Shown here in pieces: positions 18,235-27,299 of a DNA stretch of 64,000 nucleotides; positions within the stretch are counted from its first letter, which is position 1; each line of letters opens with the position of its first letter. Both the position numbers and the translations under genes were made by a program. Source of the stretch: Thermoproteota archaeon. GTDB lineage: Archaea > Korarchaeota > Korarchaeia > Korarchaeales > JAOZGB01. Under the pieces are notes generated by a model. That model was not told where the DNA came from, made no database searches, and was given only the letters and a program-made list of their open reading frames with translations. The stretch is from the NCBI GenBank assembly GCA_037917685.1, contig JAVCBU010000003.1, positions 144,264-208,263 of the forward strand, given 5' to 3'.

Positions 18235-19272
18235 TCATAAGAACCTTTCTATCAGATTTATTACTGTTGGAATCGGGGATTCAAGCTTTTCTAAGAGCTT
18301 TGAGGTGTCAACCCTGTATTTCCCGGGGTTTTTCATGATCTTCCTCGACTCCTCCAGTACGAGTTTAGGATCTGAAATGTACTTTACGGGAAATCCGTTG
18401 CTATGCAGAAACCTAAGGGATGGTGTCCAGAAGTGGTAGCTTATAGTAGGCGTACCCTGGAGAGCTGCCTCGGACGCCATGGTCCCCCCTGACGAAATGA
18501 AAAGGTCTACACAGCCTAGAAGCTCAGGCGTATATACTACCTTTTTCAAAATATAGACGTTAGGTATCTCTTCGAATTTTTCTATCTCCTCTCCGTATCT
18601 CGGAATGTACACTACTTTATAGGACGATGCAAGCTCTGAAACAAGTCTATATAGCGGGAACTTTCTACTATAGTAGGAAGCCTTGTACTCTGGACCTCTT
18701 ACAACTATAACCCTCTCATCTTTAAACCCAATATCCTCTAGAACCCTTGTTTTAGACACGTCGCCCGGGCTGACCCATGCGGTTTCCTCAACCCCATTAT
18801 AGGTTTTAATGTTCTCCTCTGGAGCTCCATACCTTATCCACACCTCCTTACCACATGCACTAGGGGTAACAAGATAATTAGAAAGTGGAACTGTAAGCTT
18901 ACAGACAGCGGTATTATATGGGGTGTCATTGCAGTAGACTATTGGAATCGAAAGGCCGAATGCAACCCTAATACCAGCTACCTCGCCATGCGTCCACCAC
19001 ACCCTCGGAAGCCCGTACCTGTCTATAACCTTGAGAAGCGCCTGCATCCTGCTTATCGAAGCTTCAAGCTTTTCTCTTCTCCCCCCTCCACCGTACGTGC
19101 CAGCCTTAATGTAGGATAGGTGGAGCGTGTCAGCCAAGGCTATAGTCTGAGTTTCATCTCTAACTATCAATAGAGACTCAACACCCATTCTCATAAGCTT
19201 CTCTTGAATCACCATTGCGAATATTACATGCTTAGGAGTCCCTGCATCAAGGAAGACATCGTATTTCCCCAC
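18235..19272 (-). CDS. DUF354-family protein (epimerase/GT-B-like, archaeal glycan synthesis)
   Basis: 345 aa. ..TPKHVIFAMVIQEKL...GIRVAFGLSIPIVYCNDTPYN...PLSNYLVTPSA matches the DUF354 pattern as I remember it. Confidence 0.7.
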   Translation of the reverse strand: MGKYDVFLDAGTPKHVIFAMVIQEKLMRMGVESLLIVRDETQTIALADTLHLSYIKAGTYGGGGRREKLEASISRMQALLKVIDRYGLPRVWWTHGEVAGIRVAFGLSIPIVYCNDTPYNTAVCKLTVPLSNYLVTPSACGKEVWIRYGAPEENIKTYNGVEETAWVSPGDVSKTRVLEDIGFKDERVIVVRGPEYKASYYSRKFPLYRLVSELASSYKVVYIPRYGEEIEKFEEIPNVYILKKVVYTPELLGCVDLFISSGGTMASEAALQGTPTISYHFWTPSLRFLHSNGFPVKYISDPKLVLEESRKIMKNPGKYRVDTSKLLEKLESPIPTVINLIERFL

Positions 19273-19357
19273 TTAACCCCGGGATTTAAAGGATGAAAAG
19301 CCTTAAAAATATACTCAACAGCCTACATTTAAATACCACAATCAGAAGGATATCCAT

Positions 19358-20455
19358 GTGGACAGAATAACAAGACGGTTATTTCTTAAACTTTCAGCCC
19401 TAACAGCTATTGGAGTGTCAGCTGTGGTGCTAACAAAGAAAATCTCATCATTACTTAGGAAGATGCCTCAAACAGAGCCTCCTAGTCCCCTGGAGAAAAC
19501 TATGGCTCCTCCAACTACAAGCCTGCCGACGTTCACATCCCCACCTAGGGGCTCCGATGGAATCGTATCTGTTGTGAGAGGGTTAAACGTTGAAGAAATG
19601 CTTAATAAAAGCCTAGAGCTAATAGGCTTCAAAGATAAGGTTAGCGTAAGGGGGAAGAAGGTTCTTGTTAAACCCAATGTGAACAGTAACGATCCAAGCC
19701 CGTTCACTACAAACCCAAGTCTTGTCAAAGCTGTGATAAAATATCTATATGATTCTGGGGCTTCAGAGGTTACAGTAGCTGATCTTTCAGGCATCCCATG
19801 GCAGCCTACATCCAAATGCTTCAAAGCTACGGGAATCGAAAGTGCAGCCCTAGAAGCACAGGCTAATATAGTAGCTCTTGACAACACAGACTGGGTTAAA
19901 ATAAGTCTTGAGGGAGCAGAATATCTTAAAGAGGTCAGAATTCCAACCATAATCGATGAATACGATATCCTGGTGTCTCTACCAGTAGTTAAAACGCATA
20001 GGTACGCCTCGTACACTATGTCCCTTAAAAACATGGTTGGCTTTGTGAGCAACGATGACAGATACTTTATGCATAACTCAGACTACCTTGAAGAAATGAT
20101 CGCAGAACTCAACCTAGCTTTTAAACCAGAACTTATTGTCATGGATGGGACAAAATCCCTTGTTTCCGGGGGACCCACCTCCGGAGACGTTGTAGAGACG
20201 AATCTCCTTGTCTCAGGCTTTAATAGGGTTGCAGTTGATGTTGTCGGTCTTTCAATTGTAAAATATTACGATATGTGGCCAAAAGTATCCAGTAAAAACG
20301 TCTGGAGACAGAGGCAGATTATCCGTGCCATAGAGATTGGCATCGGAATTGAAAGGGATAAGGTGGGCGTGGAATTTGAAACACTTATCCCAGATGACAT
20401 AGAATTTGAAGAGTTAAAACATGCAATTGTGCAGTATCTATTAGAACCTCTATAA
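19358..20455 (+). CDS. DUF362-domain protein with Tat-type signal peptide
   Basis: 365 aa with a GTG start. Signal ITRRLFLKLSALTAIGVSA, a Pro/Thr linker, and the DUF362-like motifs GKKVLVKPNVNS and LPVVKTHRYASYTMSLKNMVG. Confidence 0.6.
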   Translation: MDRITRRLFLKLSALTAIGVSAVVLTKKISSLLRKMPQTEPPSPLEKTMAPPTTSLPTFTSPPRGSDGIVSVVRGLNVEEMLNKSLELIGFKDKVSVRGKKVLVKPNVNSNDPSPFTTNPSLVKAVIKYLYDSGASEVTVADLSGIPWQPTSKCFKATGIESAALEAQANIVALDNTDWVKISLEGAEYLKEVRIPTIIDEYDILVSLPVVKTHRYASYTMSLKNMVGFVSNDDRYFMHNSDYLEEMIAELNLAFKPELIVMDGTKSLVSGGPTSGDVVETNLLVSGFNRVAVDVVGLSIVKYYDMWPKVSSKNVWRQRQIIRAIEIGIGIERDKVGVEFETLIPDDIEFEELKHAIVQYLLEPL

Positions 20456-20457
20456 GG

Positions 20458-20775
20458 GTGGTAAGGTTGGTAGTGGCAGAGATAACAGTGGTCCCCGTAG
20501 GGTCTGGTACTAGTCTAAGCAAATACGTAGCGGAATGTATTAGGGAGATAGGGAAGTCTGGGTTGAAGTATAAGGTGACACCTACAGCCACAATTGTCGA
20601 GGGAAGCCTAGATGAGGTATTAGCCCTAATCAAGAGGGTTCACGAAGCCCCATTTAAACATGGGGTGAAGAGAGTCTTCACCGTCATAAAGATAGACGAC
20701 AGGAGGGATAAAGCTCTCTCCATGAGCGGGAAAATAGAGAGTATTAAAACTAGGCTTCCAGAAGCAAAGATATAG
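20458..20775 (+). CDS. MTH1187/YkoF-family thiamine-binding-like protein
   Basis: 105 aa with VAEITVVPVGSGTSLSKYVAECIREI..SGLKYKVTPTATIVEG. Confidence 0.7.
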   Translation: MVRLVVAEITVVPVGSGTSLSKYVAECIREIGKSGLKYKVTPTATIVEGSLDEVLALIKRVHEAPFKHGVKRVFTVIKIDDRRDKALSMSGKIESIKTRLPEAKI

Positions 20776-20845
20776 GGAAGGCTGATTCAACAAACATTGA
20801 ACCAATAGAAACCTATTTTAAACGTAGCAGTCCAACTAGGATCTG

Positions 20846-23068
20846 ATGAAAATAAGGATACTCACCCCTTTAATAGTACTCCTATTGCTGTCGTTTTCAT
20901 ACTGGAAGATAAGGGAGAAGGCAGGAACCGAAACACCCGTCAATCCAGAGTCGCCTGAACCAACGGCTACCCCTACATCGGAGTTTAAAGAGTACTTCCC
21001 ATCCCAGTTTGAACCTGAAAGTCTATCATACACTCCAAATGCGCCACAGTATCAGCTCCCCCTTGAACCTGTGTTGATCGAGAACTATGACAAGTTTCTC
21101 GAGTATATCCCACTCTCAGACGGCGCAATAGATAATATAAGACAGTACGGCTTCACGATAATAGCCTCTCCCCACGATGACATAATTGAGGCCTGCAGGG
21201 ACGTGAGTATGAGGGGAATACCCCTATACGTTACTGTTGACACAGTTCTGCATGTCTACCACATCCTATTTGATAACACCCTCCAGCAGATCGAGGAGGA
21301 AAGGTTCTACATGCTCCTAGAAGACCTTACTAAAAGCATGCTGTCATCGATGGCTAACGAATACGAGGCAGCAACGGATCCTAGGCTTAAAGAAGCAGCG
21401 AGAAGAAACGTAGCCTTCTTCAGCGTTGCCCTATCCTTACTTAACCCGGACCACCATCCACCCGACTATGTTAAAAACGAGGTTGAAGGCGAGTTAGAAC
21501 TTATAGGGGAGCACAGCGGTTTCTCCCCTAGTCCAATATTCCATTACAGGGAGGATTACAGCCAGTACGTGCCAAGAGGCCATTATACGAGGAGTGAAAA
21601 GCTTGGAAGATACTTCAAGTGTATGATGTGGTACGGAAGGATGGCATTCCTACTCAAAGGCTGTGAAGAATGCTTTGTTTCAAAAGAAGACGCCGAAATA
21701 GCTACAATCCAGGCCATAATGATCTCAGACAAGCTTTACAAGGTTGACGTTAAGGGTAGAAACGCCATGGACATATGGCTTGAAATATACCAGGTGACAT
21801 CTTTCATGGTAGGCTATGCAGACGACCTTACACCCATCGAATACAAGCAAGCAGTAGACAGCCTTTACAACGGAAACTTCACCCTTGAAATGTTAGCCAG
21901 CAGCGAGGTACTTCTAAACATAAAAGCCGTACTCGCCCAAATGAGAAATCCAGAGATCTACGGTGGAACAGGAAGATGTAATGTAGAGCCGCCTATAACT
22001 GAGGAAAAACTCGACGAATGCCTCTCCAAAAGTAAGGGTATGAGGTTCATGAGTCAGAGATACGTGCCAGACTCGTACATCTTTCAAAGGCTTGTAGCCC
22101 CCTCCGTAGGGGCATATAGAGGCAGCGGTAAACCATTCACCATGGAATACACCGCACTCGGGCCTGCAAGGGTGTTCCCAAGGGGGCTAGACCTGATGGC
22201 TGTTCTAGGCTCAGACCTCGCGCTTGAAATACTGCAAGAGGAGGGGGACACTGAATACGAAAGGTACATGGATAAGATGTCTCAGCTCAGAGACGAGTTT
22301 TCATCCCTAACATGGCAGAATTGGCATAGAAACCTGTACTGGTCATGGCTATACTCTCTAAAACCCCTCCTAGAAGAGTACGGAGACGGGTATCCAACCT
22401 ACATGCAGACAAGGATGTGGGGTAAGCGTCTCCTGCAGACAGCGTTAGCCTCATGGGTGGAGCTAAGACATGACACAATCCTCTACGCCAAGCAAAGCTA
22501 CACCCTGGTGTCGACTGCTGTTCCACCAGGCCCTGAACCAGCAGGGTACGTTGAGCCAATTCCAGAGCTCTATAAGAGGCTGTCAGACCTGGCGAAAATG
22601 ACCTGTAACGGCCTTAATGAGATGAATATTATTAATGAAACTGTATATGCAAAGTTCAAGTCTCTTGCAGATATACTTGACAAGCTTACTCAGATCTCGA
22701 TTAAAGAACTGGAGTCCCAAGAGCTATCACCAGACGAATACAACTTTATAGAGGCGCTTCCAGACCTGCTTGAAGGCATATGCACAGGTTATAAGGCTGA
22801 AACCCTCAAGACAACACTGGTAGCAGACGTACATACGGATATAAATACTGAAACCGTCCTTGAGGAGGCCATCGGGTACGTAGACCTTATTATAGTTGCG
22901 GTTAAACTCCCCGATGGAAAGATTATAATGATGGCTGGCCCAGTCCTATCATACTATGAGTTTAAACATCCTCTAAGCAGTAGACTTACGGATGAGGCAT
23001 GGAGAGAAATATTAGACCAAAACCCGCCTGAAAGACCAAAATGGGCCTCCACGCTTCTAGGCGAGTAA
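20846..23068 (+). CDS. DUF3160-family secreted/anchored protein
   Basis: 740 aa. N-terminal TM/signal, plus YVPRGHYTRSEKLGRYFKCMMWYGRMAF and WVELRHDTILYAKQSY. Confidence 0.6.
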   Translation: MKIRILTPLIVLLLLSFSYWKIREKAGTETPVNPESPEPTATPTSEFKEYFPSQFEPESLSYTPNAPQYQLPLEPVLIENYDKFLEYIPLSDGAIDNIRQYGFTIIASPHDDIIEACRDVSMRGIPLYVTVDTVLHVYHILFDNTLQQIEEERFYMLLEDLTKSMLSSMANEYEAATDPRLKEAARRNVAFFSVALSLLNPDHHPPDYVKNEVEGELELIGEHSGFSPSPIFHYREDYSQYVPRGHYTRSEKLGRYFKCMMWYGRMAFLLKGCEECFVSKEDAEIATIQAIMISDKLYKVDVKGRNAMDIWLEIYQVTSFMVGYADDLTPIEYKQAVDSLYNGNFTLEMLASSEVLLNIKAVLAQMRNPEIYGGTGRCNVEPPITEEKLDECLSKSKGMRFMSQRYVPDSYIFQRLVAPSVGAYRGSGKPFTMEYTALGPARVFPRGLDLMAVLGSDLALEILQEEGDTEYERYMDKMSQLRDEFSSLTWQNWHRNLYWSWLYSLKPLLEEYGDGYPTYMQTRMWGKRLLQTALASWVELRHDTILYAKQSYTLVSTAVPPGPEPAGYVEPIPELYKRLSDLAKMTCNGLNEMNIINETVYAKFKSLADILDKLTQISIKELESQELSPDEYNFIEALPDLLEGICTGYKAETLKTTLVADVHTDINTETVLEEAIGYVDLIIVAVKLPDGKIIMMAGPVLSYYEFKHPLSSRLTDEAWREILDQNPPERPKWASTLLGE
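23049..23066 (+). repeat. direct repeat copy 1 (last codons of the DUF3160 gene)
   Basis: CCACGCTTCTAGGCGAGT is identical to 24358-24375. The extended similarity is 23038-23066 versus 24348-24375. Confidence 0.9.
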
Positions 23069-23281
23069 CAACATTCTTCCCACCTTTTATTCTTTCATTG
23101 TAAGCCGGAGGATGAAAGTCGACATGGGAACTAGTAATTGAGGAATAGCTGGCTTTTAGGAGTCGATAGGGCCTATGAAATAGCAGAAATTGACGGGAAA
23201 CCTTGCAGACTATGGTTAAAATACCAAAGCTTAGACGTCCGGTTCCGCGGTTAGAGTATTGTTAGAAAATAGCATGGACGG

Positions 23282-23716
23282 TTAGATTTGTCTTCCCCGT
23301 TTGCATATAATCCATCCATGCTTGAATCTTTTTATGATGTTTGTCTTCTTCATTTTCATGAATATCTCACGCATTTCCACTACTGTTCCATCGTCGTATA
23401 GGATTATTCCGTCGTCCATTGCGTAAAGCGCTGTTGGATGTGTGTGTTTAAGCATTCTCCTAAACTCTCTCGGTGTATATGCAAGGCATTCTATTGGAGC
23501 TGTAGTGTCGTTAAGCTCAGCCATCACCTTAAGTCTCTCATCTAGGCTTTCAGGTAGATTCTTAGCTATAACGATAATGTCTATGTCACTTCCAACCCCA
23601 TAGTCTCCCCTGGCCATGGACCCGTATAGGATGATGGTGTTAGGCTTAAACGAGGCGACGATCTTTCCTATAAACCTTTCAATGTCCTCTTTATGCGGTA
23701 TGTTGGGAATCTTCAA
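23282..23716 (-). CDS. minimal nucleotidyltransferase (MNT-type, toxin-antitoxin-associated)
   Basis: 144 aa with LYGSMARGDYGVGSDIDIIVI. Confidence 0.8.
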   Translation of the reverse strand: MKIPNIPHKEDIERFIGKIVASFKPNTIILYGSMARGDYGVGSDIDIIVIAKNLPESLDERLKVMAELNDTTAPIECLAYTPREFRRMLKHTHPTALYAMDDGIILYDDGTVVEMREIFMKMKKTNIIKRFKHGWIICKRGRQI

Positions 23717-24149
23717 TAGTAGCCACCTTACTCTTCACAAACTGCGTTTACATACCTGGTTGGGATAGCTGGCTGACTAGCTCTGTTACATCTTTCTCAA
23801 TTATACTACGAGGTGCGTCATACTCATCTACAAGCTTTACTATCGCCTCGTCGAAAGATAATCCGCTGAGCACGTATTCAACCGCCTTAGCAGCAGTCTC
23901 ATTAAAGTATCTCTCCCAGAATAGGTTCCTTTTAGAACCCCTTTAATGTGGAAGTCATCCGCAACCGTATTTTCCCTTCTAAAAATAGGTGGGGAGGGTT
24001 CAATATCGCCACCTGATCGTTGCGTGTATATCAGCGGACAGAGAATTCCACCTCACAATAGGTTGTATTACAGCAGATTTGCTACAGTATGCACAGCCTC
24101 CTATATCTCTTGTAGGGAACCTCGCAGCCGAAGGCTTTACCAATTTCCG

Positions 24150-24375
24150 CTTCATAGTAATCATACATATAACTAGTCAAGATATATGTTTCCATATGTC
24201 ATATACACGCCTATACAAGGTTCTGTTAGAGGCCTATCGTATCCGGGGGACTTTACATGTGAAGCATGGAATTATTACAGCCTCCCCATGCTTAGGACAG
24301 GCAGTTTTCCGCTTGTTCTCATCTTCCGTAATTCTTTGGTCCTAGTCAAATGGTCTCCCACGCTTCTAGGCGAGT
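24150..24375 (+). pseudogene. decayed duplicate of the DUF3160 gene 3' end
   Basis: ..VKWSPTLLGE (24348-24375) compares with the authentic PKWASTLLGE*. There is weaker upstream resemblance: FTCEAW vs LTDEAW, GSVRGLSY vs GPVLSYY, and KVLLEAY vs TVLEEAIGY in shifted frames. The upstream boundary is approximate. Confidence 0.45.
24358..24375 (+). repeat. direct repeat copy 2
   Basis: CCACGCTTCTAGGCGAGT is identical to 23049-23066. Confidence 0.9.
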
Positions 24376-24439
24376 GGCACTCAGCTCTTCAGCTTTCAGT
24401 ATATAATCATTTTATCATTCCAAAGCAGAGTTATATGGT

Positions 24440-25333
24440 TTGGTGGGTGGGGTGAATTTCAAACTCGCCGTTAGCCTCCTTTTAAACATCATACTCCTCT
24501 CCACCCTGCTTAATCTCTACATCGTGAACCAGAGACTGAAAGCAGATGTTGAACTAGTAGCCGAGCAGAACCGGAATCTTTCGATGGAGGTTGACAGACT
24601 TATGAAGCAGGTTGAAATATTGAATCTAAAGATAAAATACTACGAGGACATAGCCAAGCAGGGAAACGCCTTTGTACCATACGGGGAAGTCGTAGGCTCA
24701 TCAGAGATGTACGTCTCAGCCGTTAGGACGGTATCCTACGGCTTCTTCAACTATGAATACGAAGGTGTAATACTTATACTTAAAGTGGAGCTGAGGGAGG
24801 GTGAAGGCCGAGTACTCGTGAACACGAAGCCAAAGATAGGGATAGAACTCCAAGCGAGCGCTGAAGAAGCATTCCTCGCCGCGGAGAAATATCTAGCTGT
24901 AAACCTGTCCAGCTACGATGTGATCATTACCATAGAGGCAGGTGAGCCTGTTGAAATAGTAGACGGCCCAAGCATAGGCTCAGCAATAGCTGTGTCCATA
25001 GTCTCAGCATACACCGGGAAACCAGTACGGGGAAATGCCATTGTAACCGGAACAATCAGCAGGGACGGGCGTATAGGTCCAGTAGGCGGAGTCGCGGAGA
25101 AAGCCATTGCAGCAGCGGAGCAAGGCATGGAACTATTCATCGTCCCAAGAGGCCAAGAGTACGTTACAATCTCAGTCCCCAGAACATATAAGGCAGGCCC
25201 AGGCATAACCATAACATACTACGAGTACAGACAGGTCTCCCTCCAAGAATACATTCTAAGCCACGGCTACAACATGACTGTAACATCAGTTTCAACCCTA
25301 TCAGAGCTTGTAGAACTATTAATAAGCGGATAA
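24440..25333 (+). CDS. membrane-anchored S16 (Lon C-terminal proteolytic domain) serine protease without an ATPase domain
   Basis: 297 aa. N-terminal TM, a coiled coil, VDGPSIGSAIAVSIVSAYTG (Ser) and GPVGGVAEKAIAA (Lys). Confidence 0.75.
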   Translation: MVGGVNFKLAVSLLLNIILLSTLLNLYIVNQRLKADVELVAEQNRNLSMEVDRLMKQVEILNLKIKYYEDIAKQGNAFVPYGEVVGSSEMYVSAVRTVSYGFFNYEYEGVILILKVELREGEGRVLVNTKPKIGIELQASAEEAFLAAEKYLAVNLSSYDVIITIEAGEPVEIVDGPSIGSAIAVSIVSAYTGKPVRGNAIVTGTISRDGRIGPVGGVAEKAIAAAEQGMELFIVPRGQEYVTISVPRTYKAGPGITITYYEYRQVSLQEYILSHGYNMTVTSVSTLSELVELLISG

Positions 25334-25341
25334 CAAAATCC

Positions 25342-25381
25342 AACCTTAACAAACTCATACATCCATGAGTTTGTTAAGGTT
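25342..25381 (+). terminator. perfect 17-bp stem hairpin just downstream of the S16 protease gene
   Basis: AACCTTAACAAACTCAT, loop acatcc, then ATGAGTTTGTTAAGGTT. It begins 9 nt after the stop codon. There is no clear T-tract, so the terminator role is inferred. Confidence 0.4.
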
Positions 25382-25396
25382 ATTGAGGTGTTTGTT

Positions 25397-25455
25397 ATTG
25401 ACACTCCCAATCTCCAGGACAAAACCTCCCGACTTTAGTCGTGGGGAGTGTCAAT
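25397..25455. other. long-range inverted repeat with a nested mini-hairpin
   Basis: ATTGACACTCCC (25397-25408) pairs with GGGAGTGTCAAT (25444-25455) and encloses CGACT-tt-AGTCG. It overlaps the 3' end of a decayed minus-strand ORF. Confidence 0.4.
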
Positions 25456-25666
25456 ATAAGTTTCTTCGTGTAGTCTCACCTTAAAATCTCTCAGTAGCTC
25501 ATATACACGTCTAAACATGTAACTTTCAAACACGCTTTCACCCGCTAGGGTGGCTCCCCAGTCGAAGAAGATCCACTTCAAAATAGAAAGTCTTGAGATC
25601 ATTCAATGTACCAAATACTTCTTTACTTTCTTTAATATTCAAATTCATAGGCTTGTACTGTGCTCC

Positions 25667-26030
25667 CTACGTAGGTTTACCTTTCCTTTTCAGCTCTTCT
25701 TCCATTACTACTATTTTTATCTCTCTAATTCTCTTTAGTTTTCGATCGTTTGTTACGAACGCGTCGGCATTCTCACCCAGGGACGCCCCTACTTGCAGGG
25801 CGTCGGGTGGCCTAATATCGTATTTGGCCCTGAGTTCTGCTGCCTTCTCAGCCACTTCAGTGTCTATAGGCCTTATCTTCAGGTTTGGGATGAGGAGTAC
25901 ATAGTTTAAGCCGTTCAGCAGCTGCTCCACATAGAGACGTCATGGCCAAGTCGAAGTCATAGTCCTCGGTAGCCCCAAAGCCTTCCCTTATGATTTAGAA
26001 ATTTGAACTTCCAGGCTCCAGCCCTATGTT
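25667..26030 (-). pseudogene. PIN-domain (VapC-like) gene remnant
   Basis: The C-terminal part is intact (..AEKAAELRAKYDIRPPDALQVGASLGENADAFVTNDRKLKRI). Upstream pieces (MNIGLEPGSSNF*, IIREGFGATEDYDFDLAMTSL) sit in other frames with stops. Confidence 0.5.
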
Positions 26031-26152
26031 CATAGTGAGCTGCCTGCCCTTTTCTCTTCCATTTTAATCGTTGACAAGTTGCCTCAGTTTGATGTAAGAT
26101 GTAAGACGTAAGATTTATATTTTCGGGTTTCTTCTAGCTATAGGGGGCTTTC

Positions 26153-26416
26153 TTGGTTGAGTATAAGGGTAGGGTTTCAAGTAAGGGTCAGATAGTTATC
26201 CCTAAGGAGCTTAGGGAGAGGTATGGGTTTAGACGGGGTGTTGAAGTGGTGTTTAGGCCGTATGGGAAGTATAAAATTATTATTGAGCGTCAGCCCACGT
26301 TAAGTGAGCTTTTCGGATTCCTCGGAGATGCTAGGGCTACCAGAGTACTGGATGAGGAGAGGGGTAAGGAGGCTGAGTCTGAGGCTGAGAGGGAGGAAGA
26401 GCTGGTGAACCCGTGA
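26153..26416 (+). CDS. vapB: AbrB/SpoVT-type antitoxin (VapB-like)
   Basis: 87 aa with a TTG start. VSSKGQIVIPKELRERYGF and an acidic tail. There is a 4-nt overlap with the next gene. Confidence 0.8.
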   Translation: MVEYKGRVSSKGQIVIPKELRERYGFRRGVEVVFRPYGKYKIIIERQPTLSELFGFLGDARATRVLDEERGKEAESEAEREEELVNP

Positions 26417-26883
26417 TGAACAGGCTTGTCTTCGACACAGGCCCGTTCCTCCTGCTCTTCACCAGAGAAGAGGGATCTGAAACTGCAAGAAATATGGTTT
26501 TGATGCATGAGAGGGGACACCTGGAAATATACATGCACCCAAACAATCTTGCTGAAGCATATAGGGTTATAGGTAGAATTAGAAGTGAACAGTCTAGCCT
26601 GCTGATCAGGGATATCACCCCTGATGAAGTTGTGAGATCTGCCTATGCAACCCTAAAGGTGGTAAGCAACGTTGAGACGACCCTAGCCTTAGGCTTTCTA
26701 AAACACAAGTATAGCTCAAAGCCGTGGGGAGACCTCTCATCGGCAGCCCTATCAATAAGCCTGTCAAAAAGGGGAGTGAATGCCCCAGTAGTTATCCTAG
26801 ACAGGGAAAAACATTTTGAAGACATAGAAGAAGTGGAGGCAGTTAAAATATCCAAGTTACCCAAGGTTATACCCACCCAGTAG
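26413..26883 (+). CDS. vapC: PIN-domain protein (VapC-like toxin)
   Basis: 156 aa. N-terminal LVFDTGPFLLLF (first acidic residue). It is translationally coupled to the AbrB-type gene. Confidence 0.6.
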   Translation: MMNRLVFDTGPFLLLFTREEGSETARNMVLMHERGHLEIYMHPNNLAEAYRVIGRIRSEQSSLLIRDITPDEVVRSAYATLKVVSNVETTLALGFLKHKYSSKPWGDLSSAALSISLSKRGVNAPVVILDREKHFEDIEEVEAVKISKLPKVIPTQ

Positions 26884-27299
26884 TCATTCAAGAAGGAAGC
26901 AATGCCCGCAACAACATGTTATCCAGCAGCTTAATCTTATAGCTGGCCCGGCTTAGTTAAGATGCCGCCAGCAGGATGACATCCCATAAAAGTTACATAA
27001 CACTCTTAGAAACATTTCAAGAAGGCGACTCTCAGACTTTAAACTAACGCCACATTACAACCAGCTAGCTATAGCCGTCAAACTACAGTCAAGCTTTAGA
27101 AGGGAGGCATGGATTCACACGGTTAGTCCAGCCTAGGCTGTCCTCATCAAGAGATATACGAAATAAAATGTTTATTTTATCCTTTCAAACTTACAGAGGC
27201 GGGGGTTTAAGATCCCCGGAGACCGTTGGATTCTACAATTTCCCACAGGGCGGAAAGAGAATCAAATGTTTAAATATTTCGCTTCCTAAACTAGACTTG

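Noticed and set aside
23717-23900. Start-less 60-codon minus-strand frame (..LFWERYFNETAAKAVEYVLSGLSFDEAIVKLVDEYDAPRSIIEKDVTELVSQLSQPGM*) upstream of the MNT gene, faintly PqqD-like
   Set aside because: It has no start codon, is very short, and the resemblance is too weak to call. It is recorded only as part of the inserted segment.
23946-24455. Three overlapping plus-strand ORFs (76, 118 and 89 aa)
   Set aside because: There are no motifs and the frames are mutually overlapping. The region is better explained as decayed sequence, including a remnant of the DUF3160 3' end.
27044-27058. 15-nt exact match CTAACGCCACATTAC with 46749-46763
   Set aside because: Several 15-nt matches are expected by chance in 64 kb on both strands (about 4). 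There is no extended similarity on either side.
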